A DNA stretch of 64,000 bases from an uncultured Dehalococcoidales bacterium (GCA_964396965.1 CAYNGD010000008.1:2779-66778), one strand, 5' to 3'; positions 1 through 8,766 are shown, counted from the first letter of the stretch. Notes: a model not told the origin generated them from the letters alone. Made by a program: numbers and translations.

Positions 1-1119
1 CAGCTCCGCGATTTAAGCCTCAAAATCCACGCCCACCCCGAGCTTGGCTTCAACGAGGTCAAGGCAGCCGGCTGGCTCAGTCAATATCTGGAGAAAAACG
101 GCTTCAGCGTGGAGCGGGGCATCTGCAAACTTAAGACCGCCTTCCGGGGAAGCTACGGGAAGGGAAGGCCGGCTATCGCCCTGCTGGCCGAGTACGACGC
201 CCTGCCCAAACTGGGGCACGCCTGCGGGCATAACCTTATCGCCGGCGGCTCCGTCGGCGCCGCCGTGGCCGCCAAGATAGCTGTTGACCGCTTCGGTGGG
301 ACGATTAAGGTTATCGGCACCCCGGCCGAGGAACTCTACGGGGGCAAGGTTCTCATGGTGGAGCGAGGGGCCTTCGCCGGCCTCGACGCCGCCATGATGG
401 TGCACCCCGGCTCGCATAACGCCGCCGTCACTCCGGCCCTGGCCTGCCTGTCCCTGGATGTGGAGTTCTTCGGGCGGGCGGCCCACGCCGCCGGCCACCC
501 CGAAGCCGGCATCAACGCCCTGGAGGCTATGCTCCTATCATTCGCCGCCATTAACTCGCTGAGGCAGCACATCAAAGACAGGGCGCGCATCCATGGCATC
601 ATCACCGACGGCGGGGAGGCAGCCAACGTCGTGCCCGCCCACAGCGCCGGCAATTTTTTAGTGCGCGCCGAGGACTACGCCTACCTTGAGGAACTGAAAG
701 AAAAGGTGCTGGACTGCTTCGTCAGCGGGGCCACTGCCACCGGCGCCCGCCTGGAATACCGCTGGGGGGAGACAATCTACACACCGATGCGCAATAACCT
801 GACCCTGGCCAAACTGTTCCGGGGGAATATGCAGTCACTGGGACGCCGGATGTCACTCAACGACCCGGAGAGGTCGTTCGGTAGCACCGATATGGGCAAC
901 GTTAGCCAGGTCGTGCCCGGTATCCACCCCGGCGTAGCCATAGCCTCTCCAAAGATAACCAACCACTCCCCGGAGTTCGCCCTGGCGGCGGCCTCGGAGG
1001 CCGGCATCAAGGGGATGCTCGATGCCGCCAAAGCGCTGGCCATGACCATCGTTGACCTGGCCGCCAGCCCGGAAACAGTGGCCAAGGTTAAACAGGAGTT
1101 CAGCAAACAAAATGGTTAA
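1..1119 (+). CDS. M20-family amidohydrolase (M20D/aminoacylase-like), 5' end cut by window edge
   Basis: Frame 1 is open from nt 1 (QLRDLSLKIHAHPELGFNEVKAAGWL...) and runs into the listed 109..1119 ORF. Motifs HAHPELGFNE, GHACGHNL and GTPAEE are typical of M20D metallohydrolases. Stop at 1117-1119. Confidence 0.8.
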   Translation, partial: QLRDLSLKIHAHPELGFNEVKAAGWLSQYLEKNGFSVERGICKLKTAFRGSYGKGRPAIALLAEYDALPKLGHACGHNLIAGGSVGAAVAAKIAVDRFGGTIKVIGTPAEELYGGKVLMVERGAFAGLDAAMMVHPGSHNAAVTPALACLSLDVEFFGRAAHAAGHPEAGINALEAMLLSFAAINSLRQHIKDRARIHGIITDGGEAANVVPAHSAGNFLVRAEDYAYLEELKEKVLDCFVSGATATGARLEYRWGETIYTPMRNNLTLAKLFRGNMQSLGRRMSLNDPERSFGSTDMGNVSQVVPGIHPGVAIASPKITNHSPEFALAAASEAGIKGMLDAAKALAMTIVDLAASPETVAKVKQEFSKQNG

Positions 1120-2092
1120 GGTCGGCATCCCCAGGACCCTGCTCTACTACCAGTACTACCCGATGTGGCAAAGCTTCTTCCAGGGGCTGGGGGCGGAGGT
1201 GATAGTCTCGCCGCCGACCACCCAGGCCGTGCTTTCCGCCGGCTCATCGCGGGTGGTGACCGATACCTGCCTGCCGGTAAAGACCTTCTGCGGACACGTG
1301 CTGGCGCTGGTGGACAAGTGCGACTTCATCTTTATTCCCGCCCTGCGCAGCATCAAGCGCAAGATTTTTAACTGCTCCAAGTTTCTCGGCCTACCCGATA
1401 TGACCCGGGCCGTTATCCCGGAGTGCCCACCCATACTGGATATTGATATAGATATCAATAAGGGCAAGCGCCGGCTTTATCAGGCTATCTACAGACTGGG
1501 GCGGCACTTCAGCTGGGACCCGCTCAAAATAAGAAGGGCGGCGCTGGCTGCCTGGGGAGCCCACCAGGAATATAAAGAGCTGATGGTAAACCAGGCCCTG
1601 ACTCCACCCCAGGCGATAGCCGGGGCGAATGCAGAAAAGCATCCCACCCCAAATCAAGCGGCCATCGCCCTGGTCGGCCACCCCTACCTACTCTATGATG
1701 AGCACATCAACCACCGCCTCATACACCGCTTGGAGCAGGCCGGCTACCGGGTGCTGACACCGGAGATGCTAACGCCAGAGCAGTTGGGAACAGCCGTAGC
1801 CAGACTGACGGGGAGGCCCTACTGGACCTATGAGGAGGAGGTGGTGGGCAGCGGGGGGCACTATCTGGGAAGCAGGGTGGCCGGGGTAATCGGGGTGGTC
1901 GCCTTCGGCTGCGGGCCCGACTCGCTGATGATGGACATGGTGCAGCGGCAGGCGATAAAGCTGGGGACGACGCCCTTCATGAGCCTGACCCTAGAGGAGC
2001 ATACCGCCGAGGCCGGCATAGTCACCCGCCTTGAGGCATTTCTAGATATGATAGAGAGAAGAAAGCGCAAAGGGGCTGAAGTATGCGCGTAA
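1112..2092 (+). CDS. BCR/HAD-family subunit, DUF2229-type (CoA-enzyme-activase-associated domain)
   Basis: The listed ORF starts at TTG 1052. ATG 1112 (MVKVGIPRTLLYYQYYPMWQSFFQGLGAEVIVS) gives the N-terminus typical of DUF2229 proteins and overlaps the upstream stop by 8 nt. Confidence 0.7.
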   Translation: MVKVGIPRTLLYYQYYPMWQSFFQGLGAEVIVSPPTTQAVLSAGSSRVVTDTCLPVKTFCGHVLALVDKCDFIFIPALRSIKRKIFNCSKFLGLPDMTRAVIPECPPILDIDIDINKGKRRLYQAIYRLGRHFSWDPLKIRRAALAAWGAHQEYKELMVNQALTPPQAIAGANAEKHPTPNQAAIALVGHPYLLYDEHINHRLIHRLEQAGYRVLTPEMLTPEQLGTAVARLTGRPYWTYEEEVVGSGGHYLGSRVAGVIGVVAFGCGPDSLMMDMVQRQAIKLGTTPFMSLTLEEHTAEAGIVTRLEAFLDMIERRKRKGAEVCA

Positions 2093-3162
2093 GCATGCCC
2101 CACATGGGCAACCTTTATATACCGCTCAAAGCGCTGGCCCAGAGGCTGGAACTGGACTTCGTTGTGCCGCCACTCACCAGCCACCGCACCCTTTCCCTAG
2201 GGGTGCGGTACTCGCCAGAGGGGATGTGCATCCCCTTCAAGCTGACTCTGGGCAACCTGATTGAGGCCGCCGAGCTCGGCGCCGATACCTTATTAATGCC
2301 CGCCGGCTCGGGCATCTGCCGGCTGGGCTACTACGCCAAGACCCAGGAGCAGGTGCTCCACGACCTGGGGTATGATGCTGAAATACTCTGTTTGGGGATT
2401 TCCCAACACAAGTTTTTCGGCCTGATGGAATTGCTTAAGCGTCTGTCCAACAACGCCCCCTGGCTTAAAATTATCTCGGCCTTCCGCTTCGGCCTGGCCA
2501 AGCTCAACGTCCTGGACGATATAGAACGGGCGGTGCAAAAGGTCAGGCCGGTGGAGTTGGCAAAGGGGACGGCCAATAGAATATTCGCCCAGGCGGTCAA
2601 GGCTACCGACCAGGCCGATGACTACAAGAGCCTGAAAAGGGTGCAGAGGGACTATCTGGAACAGCTAGAACGGGTGGAGAGGGACGAGAGCGCCCGGCCA
2701 CTGGTGGTGGGCATAATCGGCGAATTTTATGTACTACTGGAGCCTTTCTCCAACCTTGACGTGGAGAAGGAGCTGGGGAGGCTGGGGGTGGAGGTGAGGA
2801 GAAGCATCTTTACCTCGGGGTGGACCAAGTTCAGCTTCTTCCTCAACCCGCTGGGGATGAACGAGAAAGACCGCCTCCATAAGGCGGCTATGCCCTACCT
2901 CAAGCGGGATATCGGCGGGGAGGGCTGGGAATCGGTGGGGGAGAAGGTGCTCCACGCCAGAGACTACGACGGGCTGATACACCTGGCGCCATTCACCTGC
3001 ATGCCAGAGATAGTCGCCCAGAACATCATGCCCTCGACCAAAGAGAGCCTGCCAGTGCTGACCATACTCTGCGACGAGCAGCTGGGCAAGCCGGGGATGC
3101 TGACCCGGCTGGAGGCCTTCGTTGACCTGCTTAAATACCGGCGGGCCAAAGTGAAGGTTTAG
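2083..3162 (+). CDS. BCR/HAD-family subunit, 2-hydroxyacyl-CoA dehydratase D-component-like
   Basis: 359 aa. MPHMGNLYIPLKALAQRL...GMCIPFKLTLGNLIEA...ICRLGYY resembles the second half of fused CoA-substrate-specific enzyme activase proteins. 10-nt overlap with the previous CDS. Confidence 0.65.
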   Translation: MRVSMPHMGNLYIPLKALAQRLELDFVVPPLTSHRTLSLGVRYSPEGMCIPFKLTLGNLIEAAELGADTLLMPAGSGICRLGYYAKTQEQVLHDLGYDAEILCLGISQHKFFGLMELLKRLSNNAPWLKIISAFRFGLAKLNVLDDIERAVQKVRPVELAKGTANRIFAQAVKATDQADDYKSLKRVQRDYLEQLERVERDESARPLVVGIIGEFYVLLEPFSNLDVEKELGRLGVEVRRSIFTSGWTKFSFFLNPLGMNEKDRLHKAAMPYLKRDIGGEGWESVGEKVLHARDYDGLIHLAPFTCMPEIVAQNIMPSTKESLPVLTILCDEQLGKPGMLTRLEAFVDLLKYRRAKVKV

Positions 3163-3197
3163 GAGGAGTTCTCGCCGGATTTTTAGAATAAGTTTTA

Positions 3198-3346
3198 TTT
3201 CCCACCCTCCCACCCTCAAAGGCTATGCCTTTAAAACTCCCTGGAATAAAGGGGGGATGGAAAAGGGATAATTTCTCCCCTTGGGGGTGGGCAAGAAAGT
3301 CTAAGAGGCGAAGCCTTTTCAAGCGTGTGGGTATGGGAAGAAAAAC
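3198..3346. repeat. complete intergenic inverted-repeat element (G4/hairpin element), copy A
   Basis: Left arm TTTCCCACCCTCCCACCCTCAAAGGCTATGCCTTTAAAACTCCC (3198-3242). Right arm GTCTAAGAGGCGAAGCCTTTTCAAGCGTGTGGGTATGGGAAG (3299-3340). The arms are imperfect reverse complements. Confidence 0.8.
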
Positions 3347-3395
3347 ACTGGTGAAAAACAGGGGGCGAGGTTGATAAAACCTCTAAAAAGAATCA

Positions 3396-4355
3396 ATGGA
3401 AGTCTACCTGGGTATTGACGTCGGCTCGGTGACCACCAAGCTGGCCGCATTAGACAAAAGCGACCAACTGGTCGGCCATCTCTACCTGCCGACTCAGGGT
3501 AAACCCATCGAGATGGTGCAGCAGTGCCTGAAAGAGGCTAAAAAACAGCTGCCCAAAGATGTTGAAATAAACGGTGTGGCCACCACCGGCAGCGCCCGCT
3601 ACCTGGCCGGGGTCATCGTCGGCGCCGACCTGGTCAAGAACGAAATCACCAGCCACGCCGTGGGCGCCCTGCACTACTTCCCCGACGGGCAGACCGTCAT
3701 CGAAATCGGCGGGCAGGACAGCAAGATTATCATCATCCGTGACGGCATCGTCACCGACTTCGGCATGAACACCGTCTGCGCCGCCGGCACCGGCAGCTTC
3801 CTCGACCACCAGGCGCTGCGCCTCAACATGAGCATTGAGCAGTTCAGCCAGCGCTCGCTGGAGAGCACCACTCCCGTGCGCATCGCCGGACGCTGCACCG
3901 TCTTCGCCGAGTCGGACATGATACACAAGCAACAGATGGGCCACCGCACCGAGGATATCCTCTACGGCCTCTGCCAGGCGCTGGTGCGCAACTACCTCAA
4001 CAATGTGGGGCTGGGCAAGGACATCCAGCCTCCGGTGATATTCCAGGGCGGGGTCGCCTTCAACCAGGGCATCGTCAAGGCGCTACGGGAGGAGCTTAAA
4101 ACAGAGGTCATCGTCCCCCCCCACCACGAGGTGATGGGGGCCATCGGCGCCGCCCTGCTGGTGCACGAAGAGATGAGCGCCAGCCGAAAGGAGAGCCGGT
4201 TCAAGGGGTTCGGCGTAAGCGAGATAAAATACCGCACCTCCTCCTTTGAATGCAAGGCCTGCCCCAACCTGTGCGAGATAGCCCAGCTTTCCCTGGACGG
4301 GGAGGTGCTGGCCCGGTGGGGGGGCCGCTGCGATATGTGGGAGAGAGCCGAATAA
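3396..4355 (+). CDS. BadF/BadG/BcrA/BcrD-type ATPase (HgdC-like activator) with C-terminal Cys cluster
   Basis: Acetate/sugar-kinase-fold motifs GIDVGSVTTK, IGGQDSK, CAAGTGSF, GGVAFN. C-terminal FECKACPNLCEI...GGRCDMWE. Confidence 0.8.
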   Translation: MEVYLGIDVGSVTTKLAALDKSDQLVGHLYLPTQGKPIEMVQQCLKEAKKQLPKDVEINGVATTGSARYLAGVIVGADLVKNEITSHAVGALHYFPDGQTVIEIGGQDSKIIIIRDGIVTDFGMNTVCAAGTGSFLDHQALRLNMSIEQFSQRSLESTTPVRIAGRCTVFAESDMIHKQQMGHRTEDILYGLCQALVRNYLNNVGLGKDIQPPVIFQGGVAFNQGIVKALREELKTEVIVPPHHEVMGAIGAALLVHEEMSASRKESRFKGFGVSEIKYRTSSFECKACPNLCEIAQLSLDGEVLARWGGRCDMWERAE

Positions 4356-4361
4356 ATAACT

Positions 4362-5393
4362 ATGAGCGACAACAACGTGATGATTGCCATTGACGCCGCT
4401 GGTGGCGAGCACGCCCCCCGGGAGATCGTCGAAGGGGCCATCAAGGCCGCCCAGGACTTCGGCGTCGACATCGCCCTGGTGGGCAATAAGTCAATACTGC
4501 ACGTGCTGGCCGGCCACTATATGAACAAGCTCAACCTGAAGATTATCGACGCCCCACAGGTTATCGGCTACAATGAGCACCCGCTGAAGGCAATTAAAAG
4601 CAAGCCGAACTCCTCGATAGTCATCGGGGTCAATCTGGTGAGGGACGGCGCCGCCAGTGCCTTCGTCTCCGCCGGCAACACCGGCGCCGTGCTCGCCGCC
4701 AGCCTGCTCAGCCTAAGCAAGGTAAAGGGCATCGACCGCCCCGCCCTGGGCAGCTTCCTCGATATCACCCCCCCCGTCCCCGCCCTGCTCATTGACGCCG
4801 GCGCCAACGCCGACTGCCACCCCAACAACCTGGTCCAGTTCGCTCAGATGGGCAGCATCTATACCAAGCACATCCTCGGCATAGACGCCCCCAGCATCGG
4901 TCTGCTCAACAACGGCGAGGAGGAAATCAAGGGTAACCGCCTGGCCCAGCAGACCCACCAGCTGCTCAAAAGGCGCAACGGCCTGAACTTCGTCGGTAAC
5001 ATCGAGGGGCAGGATATAATGAAAAGAAAGGTGGACATCATTGTAACCGACGGTTTCACCGGCAACATCGTGCTCAAGACCATCGAGGGAATGGGGGACA
5101 GCTTTTTGCATGTGGCACGGCAGGCCAGCCGCATCTTCTCCACCGCCTACCACCTGCGGGGAAGGGAGCTGCTCCGCGATATCGGCCTGGGCTCCTGGGT
5201 GAAGAGGGTGGACTATACCGAATACGGGGGGGCCTGCCTGATGGGGGTAAACGGGAATGTTATCGTCGCCCACGGGCGTAGCCAGGCCAAGGCGATAAAA
5301 AACGCCATCGGCCTGGCCAAACAGACGGTAGAAAGGGACATCTGCCGAATAATGAAGGAGGAAAACTATGACCAAACCAATCCAAGTGGATGA
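4362..5393 (+). CDS. plsX: phosphate acyltransferase PlsX
   Basis: 343 aa. IAIDAAGGEHAP, SAGNTGA, TDGFTGN motifs. 6 nt after the ATPase stop. Confidence 0.9.
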   Translation: MSDNNVMIAIDAAGGEHAPREIVEGAIKAAQDFGVDIALVGNKSILHVLAGHYMNKLNLKIIDAPQVIGYNEHPLKAIKSKPNSSIVIGVNLVRDGAASAFVSAGNTGAVLAASLLSLSKVKGIDRPALGSFLDITPPVPALLIDAGANADCHPNNLVQFAQMGSIYTKHILGIDAPSIGLLNNGEEEIKGNRLAQQTHQLLKRRNGLNFVGNIEGQDIMKRKVDIIVTDGFTGNIVLKTIEGMGDSFLHVARQASRIFSTAYHLRGRELLRDIGLGSWVKRVDYTEYGGACLMGVNGNVIVAHGRSQAKAIKNAIGLAKQTVERDICRIMKEENYDQTNPSG

Positions 5394-5694
5394 CGCCAGT
5401 TTCGAAGCAAAGGTGCTAAAATCAAATACGCCGGTACTGGTGGACTTCTGGGCGCCCTGGTGCCGCCCCTGCCTCATGGCAGCGCCGGTGCTGGAGGAGC
5501 TGGCCAAGGAGTACGCCAACAAGATAACCTTCGCCAAGCTGGACGTTGACCAGAACGCCCAAACCGCCGCCAAATACTCCATAATGGCTATACCCAACCT
5601 CATCATCTTCAAAGAGGGCAAGCCGGTGTCGCAGATAGTTGGCTTCAAGCCCAAGGAAGAGCTGAAAAAAGACCTGGACGCCGTGTTGAAATAA
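5368..5694 (+). CDS. trxA: thioredoxin with atypical WCRPC active site
   Basis: 108 aa, thioredoxin-length fold. FWAPWCRPC (tgg tgc cgc ccc tgc). AAGGAGG SD upstream. Overlaps the plsX 3' end by 26 nt. Confidence 0.85.
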   Translation: MTKPIQVDDASFEAKVLKSNTPVLVDFWAPWCRPCLMAAPVLEELAKEYANKITFAKLDVDQNAQTAAKYSIMAIPNLIIFKEGKPVSQIVGFKPKEELKKDLDAVLK

Positions 5695-5698
5695 AACG

Positions 5699-6625
5699 AT
5701 GACCGCCAAATCCAAAAAAGAATACGATGTAATCATCATCGGCGGCGGGCCAGCCGGCCTCTCCGCTGGCCTCTACACCTCACGCTCCCGCCTCGACACC
5801 CTGCTCATCGAGAGGGGGGTGGTGGGCGGACGGATAACCGATGCCGAGCTGGTGGAAAACTACCCCGGCTTCGCCGAGGGCATCTCCGGCGCTGAGCTGG
5901 GGCAGCTGATGCAGAAGCAGGCAGTCAAATACGGGCTGAACATCACCATCGCCGATGCCACCGGCCTCGAGCTTAAAAAGGATAAAAAGGTGGTCAAGAC
6001 CACCCAGGGTGACTTTAACGCCAAAGCGGTTATCATCGCCACCGGCTCGGAAAGGGGCAAGCTGGGCGTGCCGGGGGAGAAGGAGATTACCGGGAGGGGG
6101 GTGTCCTACTGCGCCACCTGCGACGGCCCCCTGTTCCGGGGGAAGACGATAGCCGTGGTGGGGGGAGGTAACGCCGCCATCAGCGAGGCCCTCTACCTGG
6201 CCAAGTTTGCCTCCCGCGTGATAGTTATACACCGCCGCAACCAGCTCCGCGCCACCCGCGTCCTGGAAGAGAAGGCACGGGCGGAACCGAAGATAGAGTT
6301 CCTCTGGGACACGGTGGTTGAGAAGATCGAGGGTGAAAAGGCGCTCGGGCAGCTAAAGCTACGCCAGGTGAAGACCGGTAAAAAGTCCAGCCTCGATGTC
6401 GCCGGTGTCTTTATCGCCGTAGGGCTCAAGCCCAGCACCGATTTTCTCAAGGGCGTCCTGCCCATGGATGAAGGCGGCTATATCATCACCAACGAGCGGA
6501 TGGAGACTGAGATACCCGGCATTTTCGCCGCCGGCGATATCCGCCAGAACTCCCCCCGCCAGGTGATAACCGCCGCCGGAGACGGCGCCACCGCTGCCAC
6601 ATTCGCCGAAAAATTTCTCAGTTAG
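5699..6625 (+). CDS. trxB: thioredoxin-disulfide reductase
   Basis: YDVIIIGGGPAGLSAG FAD motif, redox CATCDG, GGGNAA NADPH motif. Confidence 0.9.
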   Translation: MTAKSKKEYDVIIIGGGPAGLSAGLYTSRSRLDTLLIERGVVGGRITDAELVENYPGFAEGISGAELGQLMQKQAVKYGLNITIADATGLELKKDKKVVKTTQGDFNAKAVIIATGSERGKLGVPGEKEITGRGVSYCATCDGPLFRGKTIAVVGGGNAAISEALYLAKFASRVIVIHRRNQLRATRVLEEKARAEPKIEFLWDTVVEKIEGEKALGQLKLRQVKTGKKSSLDVAGVFIAVGLKPSTDFLKGVLPMDEGGYIITNERMETEIPGIFAAGDIRQNSPRQVITAAGDGATAATFAEKFLS

Positions 6626-6674
6626 TAGCCTAGCGCTCGGCCAATAACTAAAGTATAATAGATAAGGTGGAATA

Positions 6675-7379
6675 ATGAAGGTTATCTTTCTGCAGAATGT
6701 CCCCCAGCTAGCCCACGCCGGTCAGATAAAAGAGGTAGCCGATGGCTACGCCCGTAACTACCTCATCCCCCGAAAACTGGCCGCCCTGGCCCAGCCCAAG
6801 GCGGTCAGCCAGATAGAAATCAAGGCCAAAAAGACGGAAGCCCACCTCACCGCCGAACTGCAGGAGCTGGCCGGCCAGCTCGAAGGCAAGGAGGTCAGCC
6901 TCAAGGCCAAAGCCGGCGCCAAAGAAAAGCTCTACGGCTCCATCACCAGCGCCGATATCGCCGCCGAGCTCAAGAAGGTCACCGGGCAGGAAATAGACAA
7001 GAGAAAGATAGGGCTGGAGGAGCCCATCCGCCAGCTGGGCAGCTACGAGGTAGTTATTAAACTGGGCAAGGATATCACCCCCACCATAAGGGTCACCGTG
7101 ACCGAAGAGGAAGCCAAGGCGGAAGAAAAGCCAGCCAAGAAAGAGAGGAAGAAAAAGACAGAGGAGACCCCCACCGCCGAGGCAGAGAAGCCGGCTGAGA
7201 AAGAAAAGAAAGCCCCGGCCAAAGCCAGGAAGACGGCGGAGAAAAAGACGCCAGAGAAGGAAGAGAAAGCACCCAAGGCAGAGAAGAAGACTACCAAGAA
7301 AGCGGCTAAGACCACCGAGGCAGCCGAGAAAAAGACCACCAGGAAAACCAGAGTCAAAAAGGAAGAGAAGACGGAATGA
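6675..7379 (+). CDS. rplI: ribosomal protein L9 with about 90-aa K/E/A/T/P-rich C-terminal extension
   Basis: MKVIFLQNV...GYARNYLIPRKLA is canonical L9 through about aa 143. Aa 144-234 are low-complexity. The stop overlaps the dnaB ATG (ATGA). Confidence 0.85.
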   Translation: MKVIFLQNVPQLAHAGQIKEVADGYARNYLIPRKLAALAQPKAVSQIEIKAKKTEAHLTAELQELAGQLEGKEVSLKAKAGAKEKLYGSITSADIAAELKKVTGQEIDKRKIGLEEPIRQLGSYEVVIKLGKDITPTIRVTVTEEEAKAEEKPAKKERKKKTEETPTAEAEKPAEKEKKAPAKARKTAEKKTPEKEEKAPKAEKKTTKKAAKTTEAAEKKTTRKTRVKKEEKTE

Positions 7380-8746
7380 CCAGCGACAGGCTGCCGCCCC
7401 ATGACACCGATGCTGAGGAGGCCGTAATCGGCTCGCTGTTGATTGACGGTAGCTCCATACACCGGGTGGCCGTGGTACTGCAGCCAGCCGACTTCTACAA
7501 TGAGCGGAACTCACTGATATATGGGGCCTGTCTCTCCCTCTACGAGCGCGATGAAGCCATCGACCAGATTACCGTTGCCCAGGAGCTGGACCGGCAGGGC
7601 AAGCTTGAGAGCGGCGGCGGTGCCGCCAACCTGAGCCACCTGATTGCCATCTGCCCCACCTCACTCGATATTGAGCACTACGCACGTATCGTCTACCGCC
7701 TTTCGATAATGCGCCGCCTGATTGCCGCCGGCGGGCAGATAGCCAACATTGGCTATCGGGCCGACCCTGATGTGGACCAGAGCCTTAACGATGCCGAGGA
7801 TGTCCTTTTTCGACTGCGCCACGGGCAGAGCCGCCGCGACCTGACCCATATCCGCCAGGTGCTCGACCAGTACTTCGAGACCACCGCCGAGGCCGAGGGC
7901 CAGCCTAGGGAGATCATCTCTTACGTGCTTTCCGGTTTCGCCGGCCTGGACGAATTTTTGGGCGGCTTTCAGCGCTCCGACCTGGTTATCGTCGGCGGGA
8001 GGCCCAGTATGGGCAAGACCAGCCTAGCCTTAAGCCTGGCTCGGAACGCCGCCGTGGAGCAGGGGGCCTGCGTGGCCCTCTTCAGCCTGGAGATGGCCCG
8101 CGAGCCGCTGGTGCTGCGCCTGCTGGCCAGCGAGGCCGAGGTTGACTCCCGGCAGGTCCGTTTAGGCCACCACACCGAGGAGCAGGAGCAGCGGATTATG
8201 GACGCCATCGGCCGGCTCTCCGAGGCCCCGATTTATATTGATGATACCCCGCAGCTGCGGGTGGTGGAGATGAGAAGCAAGACCCGCCGCCTTTTCTACG
8301 AGCGCGGCGTTGACCTGATTATCGTTGACTACCTGCAGCTGATGCAGGGTGACCGGAGGTCGGATAACCGGGTGCAGGAGGTCAGCGAAATCTCCCGCTC
8401 CCTTAAAGGGCTGGCCCGGGAGATTAACGCCCCGGTGCTGGCGGTATCGCAGCTGAGCCGCGCCCCAGAGGGAAGGGCCTCGCATGAACCCCAGCTCTCC
8501 GACCTGCGCGAGAGCGGCAGCATCGAGCAGGACGCCGATGTCGTCATCTTCGTCTACCGTGACGAATACTACTACCCCAGCAAAGAGGAATGGGAAAGGG
8601 AGCACCCCGGCGAAGGCTACCCCCCGCCGGCGGATATCATCATCGCCAAGCACCGCAACGGCCCCACCGGCACCGTCAAGCTGCTCTTCAAGCCGAGGAT
8701 GGCCAAGTTCGAGAACATTCCCAACCAAGAGCCGAGCCTGCTCTAA
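7376..8746 (+). CDS. dnaB: replicative DNA helicase DnaB
   Basis: 456 aa. PPHDTDAEEAVIGSLL N-terminus, Walker A GGRPSMGKTS, DYLQLM, SQLSR, IEQDAD. Confidence 0.9.
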   Translation: MTSDRLPPHDTDAEEAVIGSLLIDGSSIHRVAVVLQPADFYNERNSLIYGACLSLYERDEAIDQITVAQELDRQGKLESGGGAANLSHLIAICPTSLDIEHYARIVYRLSIMRRLIAAGGQIANIGYRADPDVDQSLNDAEDVLFRLRHGQSRRDLTHIRQVLDQYFETTAEAEGQPREIISYVLSGFAGLDEFLGGFQRSDLVIVGGRPSMGKTSLALSLARNAAVEQGACVALFSLEMAREPLVLRLLASEAEVDSRQVRLGHHTEEQEQRIMDAIGRLSEAPIYIDDTPQLRVVEMRSKTRRLFYERGVDLIIVDYLQLMQGDRRSDNRVQEVSEISRSLKGLAREINAPVLAVSQLSRAPEGRASHEPQLSDLRESGSIEQDADVVIFVYRDEYYYPSKEEWEREHPGEGYPPPADIIIAKHRNGPTGTVKLLFKPRMAKFENIPNQEPSLL

Positions 8747-8766
8747 ATTAATCTGGTTAGATTCAT

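Noticed and set aside
3131-3322. Small ORFs inside repeat elements and the ASCH-lrp spacer (3131-3322 -, 37570-37830 -, 37590-37799 -).
   Set aside because: They are not conserved between repeat copies, and they lack SDs and plausible starts. They are most simply by-products of the repeat sequence.
3198-3346. Whether the recurring intergenic repeats form a CRISPR array.
   Set aside because: The copies are scattered kilobases apart and occur in both orientations. They are inverted-repeat structured, not regularly spaced with unique spacers, and no cas genes are present.
6654-6659. TATAAT upstream of rplI as a promoter.
   Set aside because: It lies only 15 nt from the ATG, with the SD (AAGGTGG) inside the would-be initiation region. 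That geometry fits neither a leadered nor a leaderless model, so it was not called.
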